From assembly GCA_021780535.1 (NCBI GenBank), contig JAJXYN010000009.1:5631-69630 (forward strand): a stretch of DNA of 64,000 nt, in the 5' to 3' direction. Below are positions 48,389-57,039 of the stretch, one piece after another. The notes beneath the pieces were generated by a model, which was given only the letters and a program-made list of their open reading frames with translations, did no database searches and was not told where the DNA came from. Position 1 is the stretch's first letter. The number at the start of each line of letters is the position of its first letter. Position numbers and translations under genes: made by a program. Source of the DNA: a bacterium (GTDB lineage Bacteria; Patescibacteriota; Patescibacteriia; JAGPKW01).

Positions 48389-49246
48389 TTATTTATTATC
48401 ACTTTCTAATGCAAATTTCGCAACGATATCTTCAAAAGAATTAAAATCTATAGGCTTTCTAGGAATTAACTCATTATCATATCTAGGACACAAATTATTC
48501 TCATCATATATTGTTTTTAATAATTTTAAGGTATTTATATATTTCTCTGTTACAGCCTTTTTTGTTGGATCTTCTAAAATTTGATTGCATTTTTCACAAA
48601 ATAATAAAAACGAATCATTAAACGTTGCTCTTTCAGTTGGGTTTATAACATACCCCTTAATTGTGCCTTCATGTAATGGAATATTATATTCAACTATATG
48701 CTTTGACTTCTCAAGATTATAAAATGCATTTGGAAAATTTTTTTTAAATAACTCACCCATTTCGCTAGTAAAAGAAATGGCTATCCAAGATTGCTTACTT
48801 TCTAAATCATGTGCATCTAAGATAGCTTGGCCAACAATAAAATTAATATTTTTCGCAACGATTGGATTTCTGTTAACAACTTGTGTTGATATATCTCCTT
48901 TATGCCAGGAATATTCTCCAAAAGAAATTGCTCCTCTTATTGGGATTGGATTAAAGCCTGGTATTTGACATTTATAAAAATATTGATGATTTATTAACTG
49001 TATTGCCATTATGAAATTATAAAACCCTTTTTCACTATTTTCTATTAATCTTATTGCAATTGTATCAGAGTAGACCATAAACTCTAATTTTTCTTTCATA
49101 ACATCTGCAGTGAAAAACGAAGAAGTTATAACATGTGCATATTCATCTATCACAGATTGAATAGTGTTTAATTTTACATAATCCTTAAAACCTAACATGT
49201 CTAGAACTGCAATCGGTCCATTGTAAATTGGGATTGAGTTATTCAT
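48389..49246 (-). CDS. Class III nucleotidyl-cyclase-like (palm-domain) protein with a C-terminal Cys-containing extension
   Basis: IAVLDMLGFKDY resembles the V-L-F-A-D-I-x-G-F-T first metal-binding strand. YSDTIAI lies about 45 aa later (the GDxY-equivalent second Asp). PIRGAISFGEYSW aligns with R-I-G-I-H-T-G-x-V-x-x-G, and NFIVGQAILDAHDLES with G-D-T-V-N-x-A-x-R-x-E-S. The spacing of these blocks fits the adenylyl/guanylyl cyclase palm fold. Confidence 0.45.
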   Translation of the reverse strand: MNNSIPIYNGPIAVLDMLGFKDYVKLNTIQSVIDEYAHVITSSFFTADVMKEKLEFMVYSDTIAIRLIENSEKGFYNFIMAIQLINHQYFYKCQIPGFNPIPIRGAISFGEYSWHKGDISTQVVNRNPIVAKNINFIVGQAILDAHDLESKQSWIAISFTSEMGELFKKNFPNAFYNLEKSKHIVEYNIPLHEGTIKGYVINPTERATFNDSFLLFCEKCNQILEDPTKKAVTEKYINTLKLLKTIYDENNLCPRYDNELIPRKPIDFNSFEDIVAKFALESDNK

Positions 49247-49365
49247 TTTATTTTATTAATTAAAAAAATTAATTCCTATTAAACACTAATTAAATTGTAC
49301 CATAAAAAATTTAATTAGCATGAATAAAAATAATTGGGCTTTAGCTCAATTATTTTTATTTATAT

Positions 49366-50526
49366 TTAATCACCTTCCTCCGTATTATTATCCTCATTTC
49401 TATGTGAATCTTTATTGTTATTATTATCATTATTAACATTATCTAGACTTTGAACATTATTATCCTGACTCTGTTGATTGTTTTTTATTTCTTGTTGTTG
49501 CGCTTGCACGTTATCTGTATTTGTTTCTTGTTTTTTATTTTGTGCATTTTCTTGTGTCTTGTCTGTATTTTTTATTGTAGTAGAATTGTCGTTTTGATTA
49601 TTACTTTCTCCATTGTCTTGCTTGTTTGTTTTTTTAGTATCTTCTGACTTTATATCTTCTGGCTTTACATCTTCTTTTTTAACATTTTCTTGTTTATTAA
49701 TATTTTCATTTTTTATATCTTCTTGTTTTTTATCAATATTTTGTTTTTCTGGACTATTATTTTCTACATTACTATCAATATTTTCTTGTTTATTGTCTGG
49801 ATTATTTTCAATATTTTTATCTGAATTTATTGTGTTGTTATTTTCTGTAATACTAGGCTCTATCTGATCTATAACTTTCAATGTTTCTTTTAGAATATCT
49901 TGATTAATCTTTTTATCTCCACTTAAAATCTTTTTTTCTTCTTTTATTTTATTAAATACTTCTTTTTGTATTGTTTTTTTTGTTTCAAATATTTTTGTAG
50001 CTTCTTTTTTTTGTTCTATATTTGTTATATTTACTATTTCTTTTTGTATTTTATTATTTATTTTTGATATTTCTAATATTGTATTTGCTATTGCAGAATT
50101 GTATTTTGTCGTATTATCGTCTGCATATGCCACATTTATCAAAGAAAATTGTTGATCTATCTTATTAAAATTTTTTGATTTTAAATATTCTATTTCTGCT
50201 ACTCTTTTGTCTAATAATACAGAATAATATTTTACTTTTGACAAACCTGTTTTTGTTCCAGAGATAAAATTTTCTAAACCTGTTTTTACTCCATAAAGAG
50301 CACTCCCATATACTACTGAACTTGAATTATATGAATATGCAGTAACTGATGTTAATGTAAAAATCAAAGCAAAACTAACCATGGCTGGCTTTAAAATATA
50401 ATTTAATTTAAAAATATTCAAATGCTTAAAATACAATCTAAATAATATCCTAAGACTTCTTATTGGACTTAGATTTTTTTTTGATATTTTATTTAATTTT
50501 TCTATTAACTCAATTTCTTGTTTCAT
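49366..50526 (-). CDS. Putative anti-sigma factor: single-TM protein with a long Asn/Gln/Lys/Glu-rich low-complexity tail
   Basis: Overlaps the end of the ECF sigma gene by 17 nt. TM helix (AMVSFALIFTLTSVTAYSY). The C-terminal 150 aa is extreme low complexity (N, Q, K, E, D). Confidence 0.45.
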   Translation of the reverse strand: MKQEIELIEKLNKISKKNLSPIRSLRILFRLYFKHLNIFKLNYILKPAMVSFALIFTLTSVTAYSYNSSSVVYGSALYGVKTGLENFISGTKTGLSKVKYYSVLLDKRVAEIEYLKSKNFNKIDQQFSLINVAYADDNTTKYNSAIANTILEISKINNKIQKEIVNITNIEQKKEATKIFETKKTIQKEVFNKIKEEKKILSGDKKINQDILKETLKVIDQIEPSITENNNTINSDKNIENNPDNKQENIDSNVENNSPEKQNIDKKQEDIKNENINKQENVKKEDVKPEDIKSEDTKKTNKQDNGESNNQNDNSTTIKNTDKTQENAQNKKQETNTDNVQAQQQEIKNNQQSQDNNVQSLDNVNNDNNNNKDSHRNEDNNTEEGD

Positions 50527-51043
50527 TTTTATTGTTAATAATTTCTTTCAATTTTGTTAATGCTCTAGATATTCCAGTTCTTATTGATGTTTTGTTTTTC
50601 CCTAATATTGCTTCCATCTCTTCATAATCTAGATCATCAAAAAATTTTAAAGCTATTAAATATTGATCTGTTTTGTTTAATTCTTTTATGCTTTTTTTTA
50701 TGTCTTCTGATCTTATTTTAGAGTCTATTAAATTATTTAGAAATTCTTTATTGTCTGCTATTGTTATTTTACTATCTATAGCTTCTTCTAAATCATCTAT
50801 TATTAATAACTCTTTATTTTTTCTGAAATAGTCAATTAAATGATTGTGCGCTATTCTATATATCCACACTTTAAGATTACCCTCATTTTCTAAGGAATCT
50901 ATTTTTTCTATTACTTTTTCAAAGATGTCTTCTGTTAAATCTTCTGATAATTCTTTATCAAAATTTGTTCTGAATAAAAAATAATTAAATATTTTATCTT
51001 TGAATGTATTATATATTTCTGTAAATTTAGAGAAATCAGACAT
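50510..51043 (-). CDS. ECF-type sigma-70 family RNA polymerase sigma factor
   Basis: Region 2 (VWIYRIAHNHLIDYFRK) and region 4 HTH (DLDYEEMEAILGKNKTSIRTGISRALTKLK). Confidence 0.8.
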   Translation of the reverse strand: MSDFSKFTEIYNTFKDKIFNYFLFRTNFDKELSEDLTEDIFEKVIEKIDSLENEGNLKVWIYRIAHNHLIDYFRKNKELLIIDDLEEAIDSKITIADNKEFLNNLIDSKIRSEDIKKSIKELNKTDQYLIALKFFDDLDYEEMEAILGKNKTSIRTGISRALTKLKEIINNKNETRN

Positions 51044-51309
51044 AATTATTTTTTCTTAAATTAAGAGACGTATTACTTAATACTTTATTACATTTTTGTA
51101 TAAAAATCTACTGCTGTGTAATATATTTTTAAATTAATCGTCTCTATATATACAAAAATAAAAAATTGCTTGCTTAATAATAGGTTTGCAATATAAGCTC
51201 GTAAAGAGCTTTTTTAATTTATGTATTTTAAAAATGTAACACTTTTTTAAAATATACGTCTCTATATAAGTAAGAATTAAATAACTAAATAAATATTAAT
51301 CATAAATAT

Positions 51310-52524
51310 ATGAGTAAAAAATTACCTGTCATATTATCATCTATGGCATTATTGGCTTCAACAACTTCTGTCCCATTTGTATTTGCTAGTACAAACTATA
51401 CTGATGGCTCATACTCTGCAGATGGATCATACAATAGCCCAAAAGGACTTGAAAACGTTAATTTATCAGTAAAATTATTAAGCAATAAAATAACTGATGC
51501 AACTTTTACAGCAAATGCTAGCAATGGAACAAGTCAATACTATGATGATTTGTTTATAAAAGGATTTAAAGATCAAGTTGTTGGTAAAAATATTGATGAG
51601 GTTAACTTAAGTGTTGTAAATGGTGCATCTCTAACACCAATTGGCTTTAATGATGCTTTATCAAAAATAAAACAACAAGCTTTAGTTGGAGGAGCTACTA
51701 CTACAAGCACAACAAGCACTAATACCTCTAATACGTCCACAGCCACTACAGTAGATACTAGTACTAACACTAGCACTAATACTAATACCGATATAAATAA
51801 AGAAGGAGAAGATGGCTCTGATAGTGAGGATAATAATAATAGAGAGAGTAATAGAGAAAGTGAGAAAAAACAAAAAGAGAGTAATAGAGAAAGTGAGAAA
51901 AAACAAAAAGAGAGTGACAAAGAGAATTTAAAACAAGAACAAGAACAAGAACAAAATAATGAACAAGAACAACAAGATAATGAAGATAAAAATATTACAT
52001 CTCAATTAAATAGTGTAAATAATTTTGATTATATTAAATCTATAAAAATACAAAACAATGATATTAATAAATATAGTGATGTTGTTACAGTATTGAATAG
52101 TTTTAAAGATGCTTTGACAAAAATAAAAGATGCTGCAAATGTACAAGCTACTGATACATCTACACTAACAGACACCGAAAAAGCTTTATTAAATAAATTA
52201 GTATCTCAAAATAAAAACAATTTTGATACTACAAGTAAAAACATAGATGAATTAAATTCTTATATTGACCAATATGTAACATTATTAACACCACTTGCTG
52301 ATGCTAATATATCAAAATATATAAAAGGATTTTTAATTTCTGAATTAAATAATATAAAAGATTCTATAAAATCTGAACAAGATTTGGTTAAAGAAGCTAT
52401 AAATTCTGTAATTTATACACCTATACCTTCTCCAGTAATCACAACTCCAACTAGTACAACAACTCCAACTAGTACAGCAACTCCAACTAGTACAGCAACT
52501 CCAACTAGTACAGCAACTAATTAA
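51310..52524 (+). CDS. Secreted protein with an N-terminal FMN-binding (FMN_bind)-like domain and Ser/Thr-rich and charged tandem-repeat regions
   Basis: Signal peptide. DGSYSADGSY…VNLSVKLLSNKITDATF…VVNGASLTPIGFNDALSKIKQQAL matches the DGxYxG…GKI…V.GAT.T..A FMN_bind pattern. Then T/S-rich linker, RESNRESEKKQKES x2 and TPTSTA x4 repeats. Confidence 0.5.
   Translation: MSKKLPVILSSMALLASTTSVPFVFASTNYTDGSYSADGSYNSPKGLENVNLSVKLLSNKITDATFTANASNGTSQYYDDLFIKGFKDQVVGKNIDEVNLSVVNGASLTPIGFNDALSKIKQQALVGGATTTSTTSTNTSNTSTATTVDTSTNTSTNTNTDINKEGEDGSDSEDNNNRESNRESEKKQKESNRESEKKQKESDKENLKQEQEQEQNNEQEQQDNEDKNITSQLNSVNNFDYIKSIKIQNNDINKYSDVVTVLNSFKDALTKIKDAANVQATDTSTLTDTEKALLNKLVSQNKNNFDTTSKNIDELNSYIDQYVTLLTPLADANISKYIKGFLISELNNIKDSIKSEQDLVKEAINSVIYTPIPSPVITTPTSTTTPTSTATPTSTATPTSTATN
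51843..51915 (+). repeat. 36-bp tandem duplication inside the surface-protein gene (encodes ESNRESEKKQKE x2)
   Basis: gagagtaatagagaaagtgagaaaaaacaaaaa appears twice in tandem. An 18-bp x4 array (actccaactagtacagca) also lies at 52444..52518. Confidence 0.7.
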
Positions 52525-52545
52525 TAAATAAGTACAAATAAATAT

Positions 52546-53016
52546 ATGAAAAAAATTTTAGCTACATTAATCATCCCAGCATTTCTATTTTCTTCATCTG
52601 CATTTGCACTTGGTAGTACTGCAAATACAAATAATACAACAACGCAAACAAAAACTGCAGTGAATGAAAAAGTTTTAAAAACAGAACTATTAAAACTTGG
52701 AAAAACTGGAGTAGTGATTAAAAAAGATATTAAAAAAGATTTGACAAATACTAAAACACAGAACATAAAGAACAAACAAAAGAAAAATATTATTGCAAAG
52801 CAACAAAAAGTTAAAGCAACAAAAAAAACCAGTAATGTAAAAGCTTCTACAAACACAAAGCAACAAAAAGTTAAAGCAACAAAGAAAACCAGTAATGTAA
52901 AAGCTTCTACAAACACAAAGCAACAAAAAGTTAAAGCAACAAAGAAAACCAGTAATGTAAAAGCTTCTACAAACAAATCTGTAAATAAAAAAATTACTCC
53001 TGTTATTAAAAAATAA
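52546..53016 (+). CDS. Secreted lysine-rich protein with three perfect 20-aa tandem repeats
   Basis: Signal peptide (…SSAFALG) then KQQKVKATKKTSNVKASTNT x3. Highly basic. Confidence 0.5.
   Translation: MKKILATLIIPAFLFSSSAFALGSTANTNNTTTQTKTAVNEKVLKTELLKLGKTGVVIKKDIKKDLTNTKTQNIKNKQKKNIIAKQQKVKATKKTSNVKASTNTKQQKVKATKKTSNVKASTNTKQQKVKATKKTSNVKASTNKSVNKKITPVIKK
52798..52975 (+). repeat. 60-bp x3 near-perfect tandem repeat (coding)
   Basis: Units aligned at 52801/52861/52921 with one substitution (aaaaaaaacc versus aagaaaacc). Confidence 0.85.
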
Positions 53017-53066
53017 TTTCATTAAAAAATAAAAATATCCATAATAGCTATGGATATTTTTTATTA

Positions 53067-54653
53067 CTAAATTTCTATTAAATAAGTTTCCCCGTCTGTG
53101 AAAAATTCATCTCCAGCAAGATTTTTCCCAAGTGTTGGTGATACAAATGGCTGTTTACTATATTTTTTTATAAGCCCAGAATTATTTAAATCATTAAATA
53201 AAAACTCTCTTTCTGTGTCTATATCTGGAGCTATCTTATGAGTAATACCCATTTTAACACCAACATCAAAACTTGCTGTTCCCATATATGCCATTTTACC
53301 ATCTATAATAATATTGGTTTTCCAAAATCTGGCATGATGCCTTTGTCTTGCTGTATTTTTTATTGTAGCTTTTTCAAATCCAAAGTCATGAACTTGTGTA
53401 TTCCAGAACGATGGAGTCATTGGCCCAGTTGAGTCTGGTTGATTTTTTAATGCAGCATCAGCAACTGTTAACAGTGACTTTATGTTAGGTTTTCTAGCTA
53501 ATTGCCAACCGGACTTATCAAATAAATTTAATAAATCATTGTCATTATTAGCTAATACAATGAAAGATATTGGCTCTTGAATTGATCCAGATAATTTTTC
53601 TGAATATTTTGGAATATTGTTATTATCAAATTCTTTATACAAGCCAGAATCTACATATTGAATATTAATATTATTTGCAAAAGATATGTGTGATAAATTT
53701 AATTTATGTTTAAATATTAGAGTAAACAACACCTCTAGTATTAAAAATGTTATATAAAAAATATGACATTTTTTAAAATTACACACTATTTTTTCTTTGT
53801 CTTCTTTAATAAAAAATATTTCTGTAATAGCTATTGATAAGAATAATGCAAACAATCCAAGTAAAAGACCACCCATTACATCACTTAAATAGTGGGCTCC
53901 TAGATATATTCTACTAAAACCAACTATTAATGCTAATATTATAGTAAAAAATATAATTATAATTTTATTTTTTATTTTTTCTATATTTCTAATTAAAAAA
54001 TATGCTATAAATCCATAGAATGCTATTACTATAGTAGAATGTCCACTTGGAAATGAAAAACCGTGTTCTACGTAAACACCCACGTCTGGTCTTGGTCTTT
54101 CAAATATATTTTTTATAATATAATCAGAAACTGAAGCAAAACCTATTGATACAAAAAATGGGATTATATAATTTTTCTTTTTATTTACAACTAAAAATCC
54201 TAGGAACAATGAAACAGCAATAATAATCATTTTAGGATCTGCAAAATTTGTAATAAAAGTGAATAATTTTATCATTTCACTATCTCTAAGAAAGAAAAAC
54301 AAATTTTTTACTCTAATATCAAACTGAAACATTAATTCTTTATGTATGTAGTTATTTCCTATTGATACAAAATAAATAGCTGAAATAATTAATACGGCTA
54401 AAATAAATGTTAATCTAAGACCATATACATTTTTTAAATCAAATCTTGCTTTTATAAAATCTCTAATTTTATAATGCTTGTCAAAAAAAGCTTTTATATG
54501 TTTATTGTTTATTATCGTATTAAAAATGGCTTTAATTACATCTTTTAGAAGAATATAAAATTCATATAAAAAGTTTTTTATTTTTTTTCTAAAAACTATA
54601 AGTAAAACAATTAATGCAACCACGGAAACCAATATAATTAAAAATTTCTCCAT
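53067..54653 (-). CDS. PAP2-family membrane phosphatase with a 230-aa C-terminal extension (possibly LssY_C-like)
   Basis: PAP2 motifs KNIFERPRPD (KxxxxxxRP), FPSGHS, SRIYLGAHYLSDV. Six TM helices. The C-terminal soluble domain is not firmly assigned. Confidence 0.7.
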   Translation of the reverse strand: MEKFLIILVSVVALIVLLIVFRKKIKNFLYEFYILLKDVIKAIFNTIINNKHIKAFFDKHYKIRDFIKARFDLKNVYGLRLTFILAVLIISAIYFVSIGNNYIHKELMFQFDIRVKNLFFFLRDSEMIKLFTFITNFADPKMIIIAVSLFLGFLVVNKKKNYIIPFFVSIGFASVSDYIIKNIFERPRPDVGVYVEHGFSFPSGHSTIVIAFYGFIAYFLIRNIEKIKNKIIIIFFTIILALIVGFSRIYLGAHYLSDVMGGLLLGLFALFLSIAITEIFFIKEDKEKIVCNFKKCHIFYITFLILEVLFTLIFKHKLNLSHISFANNINIQYVDSGLYKEFDNNNIPKYSEKLSGSIQEPISFIVLANNDNDLLNLFDKSGWQLARKPNIKSLLTVADAALKNQPDSTGPMTPSFWNTQVHDFGFEKATIKNTARQRHHARFWKTNIIIDGKMAYMGTASFDVGVKMGITHKIAPDIDTEREFLFNDLNNSGLIKKYSKQPFVSPTLGKNLAGDEFFTDGETYLIEI

Positions 54654-54714
54654 ATTATCTGCTTATTTTTATTAATCTCTACATTTTATACTATTTTAAA
54701 AAGAAAACAATATC

Positions 54715-55293
54715 TTATTGTTTTCTTTTTTTTAATTCTTCTAATACATCTTGAATTCCAATATTTTTTTTTGTTGAAAATTGAACAATCTTATGTTCAC
54801 CTATTAACTTAGCATTATTCTCTAATTTATTTTTATATTCTGATTTTTTTATCTTATCAATCTTATTAGCAATAATTACAATATCTTTTCCATATTCTTC
54901 TAACTTGTGTATCATGTTTATATCATCTTTAGTTGGGCCTATTTCGGCATCAATAATCAAAAAGACCTTTTTTTGTTCATAGTCTGATACAAAAAAATAC
55001 CAATTAATAAGTTCTTTAATTCTGTTTCTAACTTTTTCTGGAGCTTTAGCATACCCATAACCAGGCAAATCAATAAGATAAAAAGAATTATTTATTAAAA
55101 ATAAGTTTATTTGTTGTGTTCTACCGGGAAAAGAGCTTGTAATAGCTAAGTTTTTTTTACCAGTTAAAGAATTTATAATACTTGACTTGCCAACATTGGA
55201 ACGACCAATAAAAGCAAACTGAGTTTTGTTCCCTTCTAAGGCTTCATCTTGCTCTGTTATTCCTTTTATAAATTCTGCTGTATTAATTTTCAT
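54715..55293 (-). CDS. engB: Ribosome biogenesis GTP-binding protein YihA/YsxC (EngB)
   Basis: G1 FIGRSNVGKSSIIN, G3 DLPGYG, G4 NKID. 192 aa. Confidence 0.85.
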   Translation of the reverse strand: MKINTAEFIKGITEQDEALEGNKTQFAFIGRSNVGKSSIINSLTGKKNLAITSSFPGRTQQINLFLINNSFYLIDLPGYGYAKAPEKVRNRIKELINWYFFVSDYEQKKVFLIIDAEIGPTKDDINMIHKLEEYGKDIVIIANKIDKIKKSEYKNKLENNAKLIGEHKIVQFSTKKNIGIQDVLEELKKRKQ

Positions 55294-55369
55294 AATATAT
55301 AAAAATAGTGATTTTTATTATTTTTATATCATAGCACAAGAATTGTAAATATTATAGCAAATTATTTTA

Positions 55370-55885
55370 TTGACTATGCTTTTCATTAATGTTAATATTT
55401 TCATCATCACTTATCTTAATCAGGAGGGCTACATGAAACATGGTTTTAAGTACACAAAAATTGGTGACATGGAAATTATGAATAATGTTACCATAACAGA
55501 CCCTTTTATTACTATTTCTGCATGGTATGATAAAAATGGTAATAGAATTGGTCTTGGAGAATTAAGTTTAAAAGATTTAAAATTAATTTCAGAAAATTTA
55601 AAATATGATGAATTATTTATTATTGTTAATATAGACGACTCGTTCTGGTGTTTCATATCAGGGAAAAAACCCGAGAGAAACCTCGATCTCGATGAAAATG
55701 TTTCAAAAGATTTTTTGTATAATAATTCTATAATTATAATTGCAAAAAATAAAATGTATATCGTGGATTATTTAAATAGAGAAAACGCAACCACTAATAT
55801 ATATATCAGAAAAGGCTTTGTTGTTAATAAAAATTTCTACGATTTTAAAATATTGCCCGCAAACAGCCTTCCAAACTTGTTTTAA
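55370..55885 (+). CDS. Hypothetical protein; likely true start at ATG 55433 (MKHGFKY…)
   Basis: AGGAGGG at 55422-55428 sits 5 nt before ATG 55433. No known domain. Mildly GC-elevated. Confidence 0.45.
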   Translation: MTMLFINVNIFIITYLNQEGYMKHGFKYTKIGDMEIMNNVTITDPFITISAWYDKNGNRIGLGELSLKDLKLISENLKYDELFIIVNIDDSFWCFISGKKPERNLDLDENVSKDFLYNNSIIIIAKNKMYIVDYLNRENATTNIYIRKGFVVNKNFYDFKILPANSLPNLF

Positions 55886-55905
55886 AGATAAATCAGTATT
55901 TTGTC

Positions 55906-55952
55906 TTACTATTTAGTAAGAAATAAGCACCCTTGGGTGCTTTATTTATTTC
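55906..55952 (+). terminator. Tandem hairpins; the second (AAGCACCC-tt-GGGTGCTT plus T-rich) is a rho-independent terminator
   Basis: CTTACTA-tt-TAGTAAG followed by AAGCACCCTTGGGTGCTTTATTTATTT. Confidence 0.55.
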
Positions 55953-55984
55953 TATATTAGATATAAAATACAAAAAAACATAAA

Positions 55985-56989
55985 ATGAAAAAACTAAAAA
56001 TATTTATAATTTTCTTAATTATTCTTATATTACTTATACCAATATTTTTAAGTAATAATGTTTTTTATTTTAATGAAGTGAAAAATATTGAAAAACAAAA
56101 AGAAATCAATATGATATTTTTTGGTGATATTATGCTTGGAAGAAATATTGAAACTTTATCAAAAGATAATAATAATTATCCATTTTTAAAAATTGATAAA
56201 AATTTAACTTCAAATAAAGATATTGTTTATGCTAATTTAGAAGGACCAATTATGGAACCGCATTATAAAACCAAAAATGGTTCAACTGTTTTTTCATTTC
56301 CTGAATACTCTATAAATGTTTTAAAAGATAATAAATTTAATCTATTATCACTTGCTAATAATCACATGCAAGATTATGGATTTAATGGATACAATCAAAC
56401 TCAAAATTTTTTAAAAAATAATAATATAAATTATCTTGGTGATTATTACAATAAAGATAATTTATATATCAAAAAAAATATAAAAGGAAAAGAATTTGTG
56501 TTTTTTGGAATAAACATGATTAATAAAAATTTTGAAAAAAATTTAGATGAAAATAAAAAATATGTTTTAGAAGAAATCACAAAAATTAAAAAAGAAAACC
56601 CTAATTCATTTGTTATTCTATTTATCCATTGGGGCAATGAATACAAAATTAAGTCCAATACAATCCAACAAACATTTGCACACAAATTGATAGATGATGG
56701 AGTTGATTTGATAATCGGTAGTCACCCTCACGTAGTTGAAGAATATGAAATTTATAAAAATAAATATGTATTTTATTCTTTAGGAAATTTTGTTTTTGAT
56801 CAATATTTTTCAACAGAAACTCAAGAAATGATTAGTGTTAAATTAAATATTACATGTAATGAAGAAAAAGATTGTAAAAATAATTTTGAAATTATACCGA
56901 TAAAAAGTATTAATAGTCAACCAGAAATTATTATAGACGAAAAAGAAAAAAAAGCATTTCTGAACAAATATAATTTGAATATAAACTAA
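55985..56989 (+). CDS. CapA/PgsA-family metallophosphatase (poly-gamma-glutamate/capsule biosynthesis-like)
   Basis: N-terminal TM, then FFGDIMLGRNIE…, SLANNHMQDYGF, GSHPHVVEEYEIY metallophosphoesterase motifs characteristic of CapA. Confidence 0.7.
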   Translation: MKKLKIFIIFLIILILLIPIFLSNNVFYFNEVKNIEKQKEINMIFFGDIMLGRNIETLSKDNNNYPFLKIDKNLTSNKDIVYANLEGPIMEPHYKTKNGSTVFSFPEYSINVLKDNKFNLLSLANNHMQDYGFNGYNQTQNFLKNNNINYLGDYYNKDNLYIKKNIKGKEFVFFGINMINKNFEKNLDENKKYVLEEITKIKKENPNSFVILFIHWGNEYKIKSNTIQQTFAHKLIDDGVDLIIGSHPHVVEEYEIYKNKYVFYSLGNFVFDQYFSTETQEMISVKLNITCNEEKDCKNNFEIIPIKSINSQPEIIIDEKEKKAFLNKYNLNIN

Positions 56990-57039
56990 TTGTGCTATAA
57001 TTAAAATATATTTAATATCTAAGTTTTAATAATAAAAAT

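Noticed and set aside
46091-49300. Integrase, transposase or phage structural genes marking the tRNA-Ser island as a classical mobile element
   Set aside because: None of the ORFs shows tyrosine/serine recombinase, DDE or terminase motifs, and no flanking direct repeat of the tRNA 3' end was spotted by eye. The island is therefore reported as accessory, not as a mobile element.
52798-52975. Possible CRISPR array (regular 60-bp periodicity)
   Set aside because: The units are directly abutting, identical 60-bp coding repeats with no unique spacers, inside an ORF with a signal peptide. There are no cas genes. This is a tandem protein repeat.
51573-53022. Minus-strand ORFs (51573..51920, 51682..51906, 52521..52976, 52690..53022) with internally repeated peptides
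   Set aside because: They lie antisense to the tandem-repeat regions of the two surface-protein genes. Their repeats simply mirror the coding repeats on the plus strand. They have no start context and no SD.
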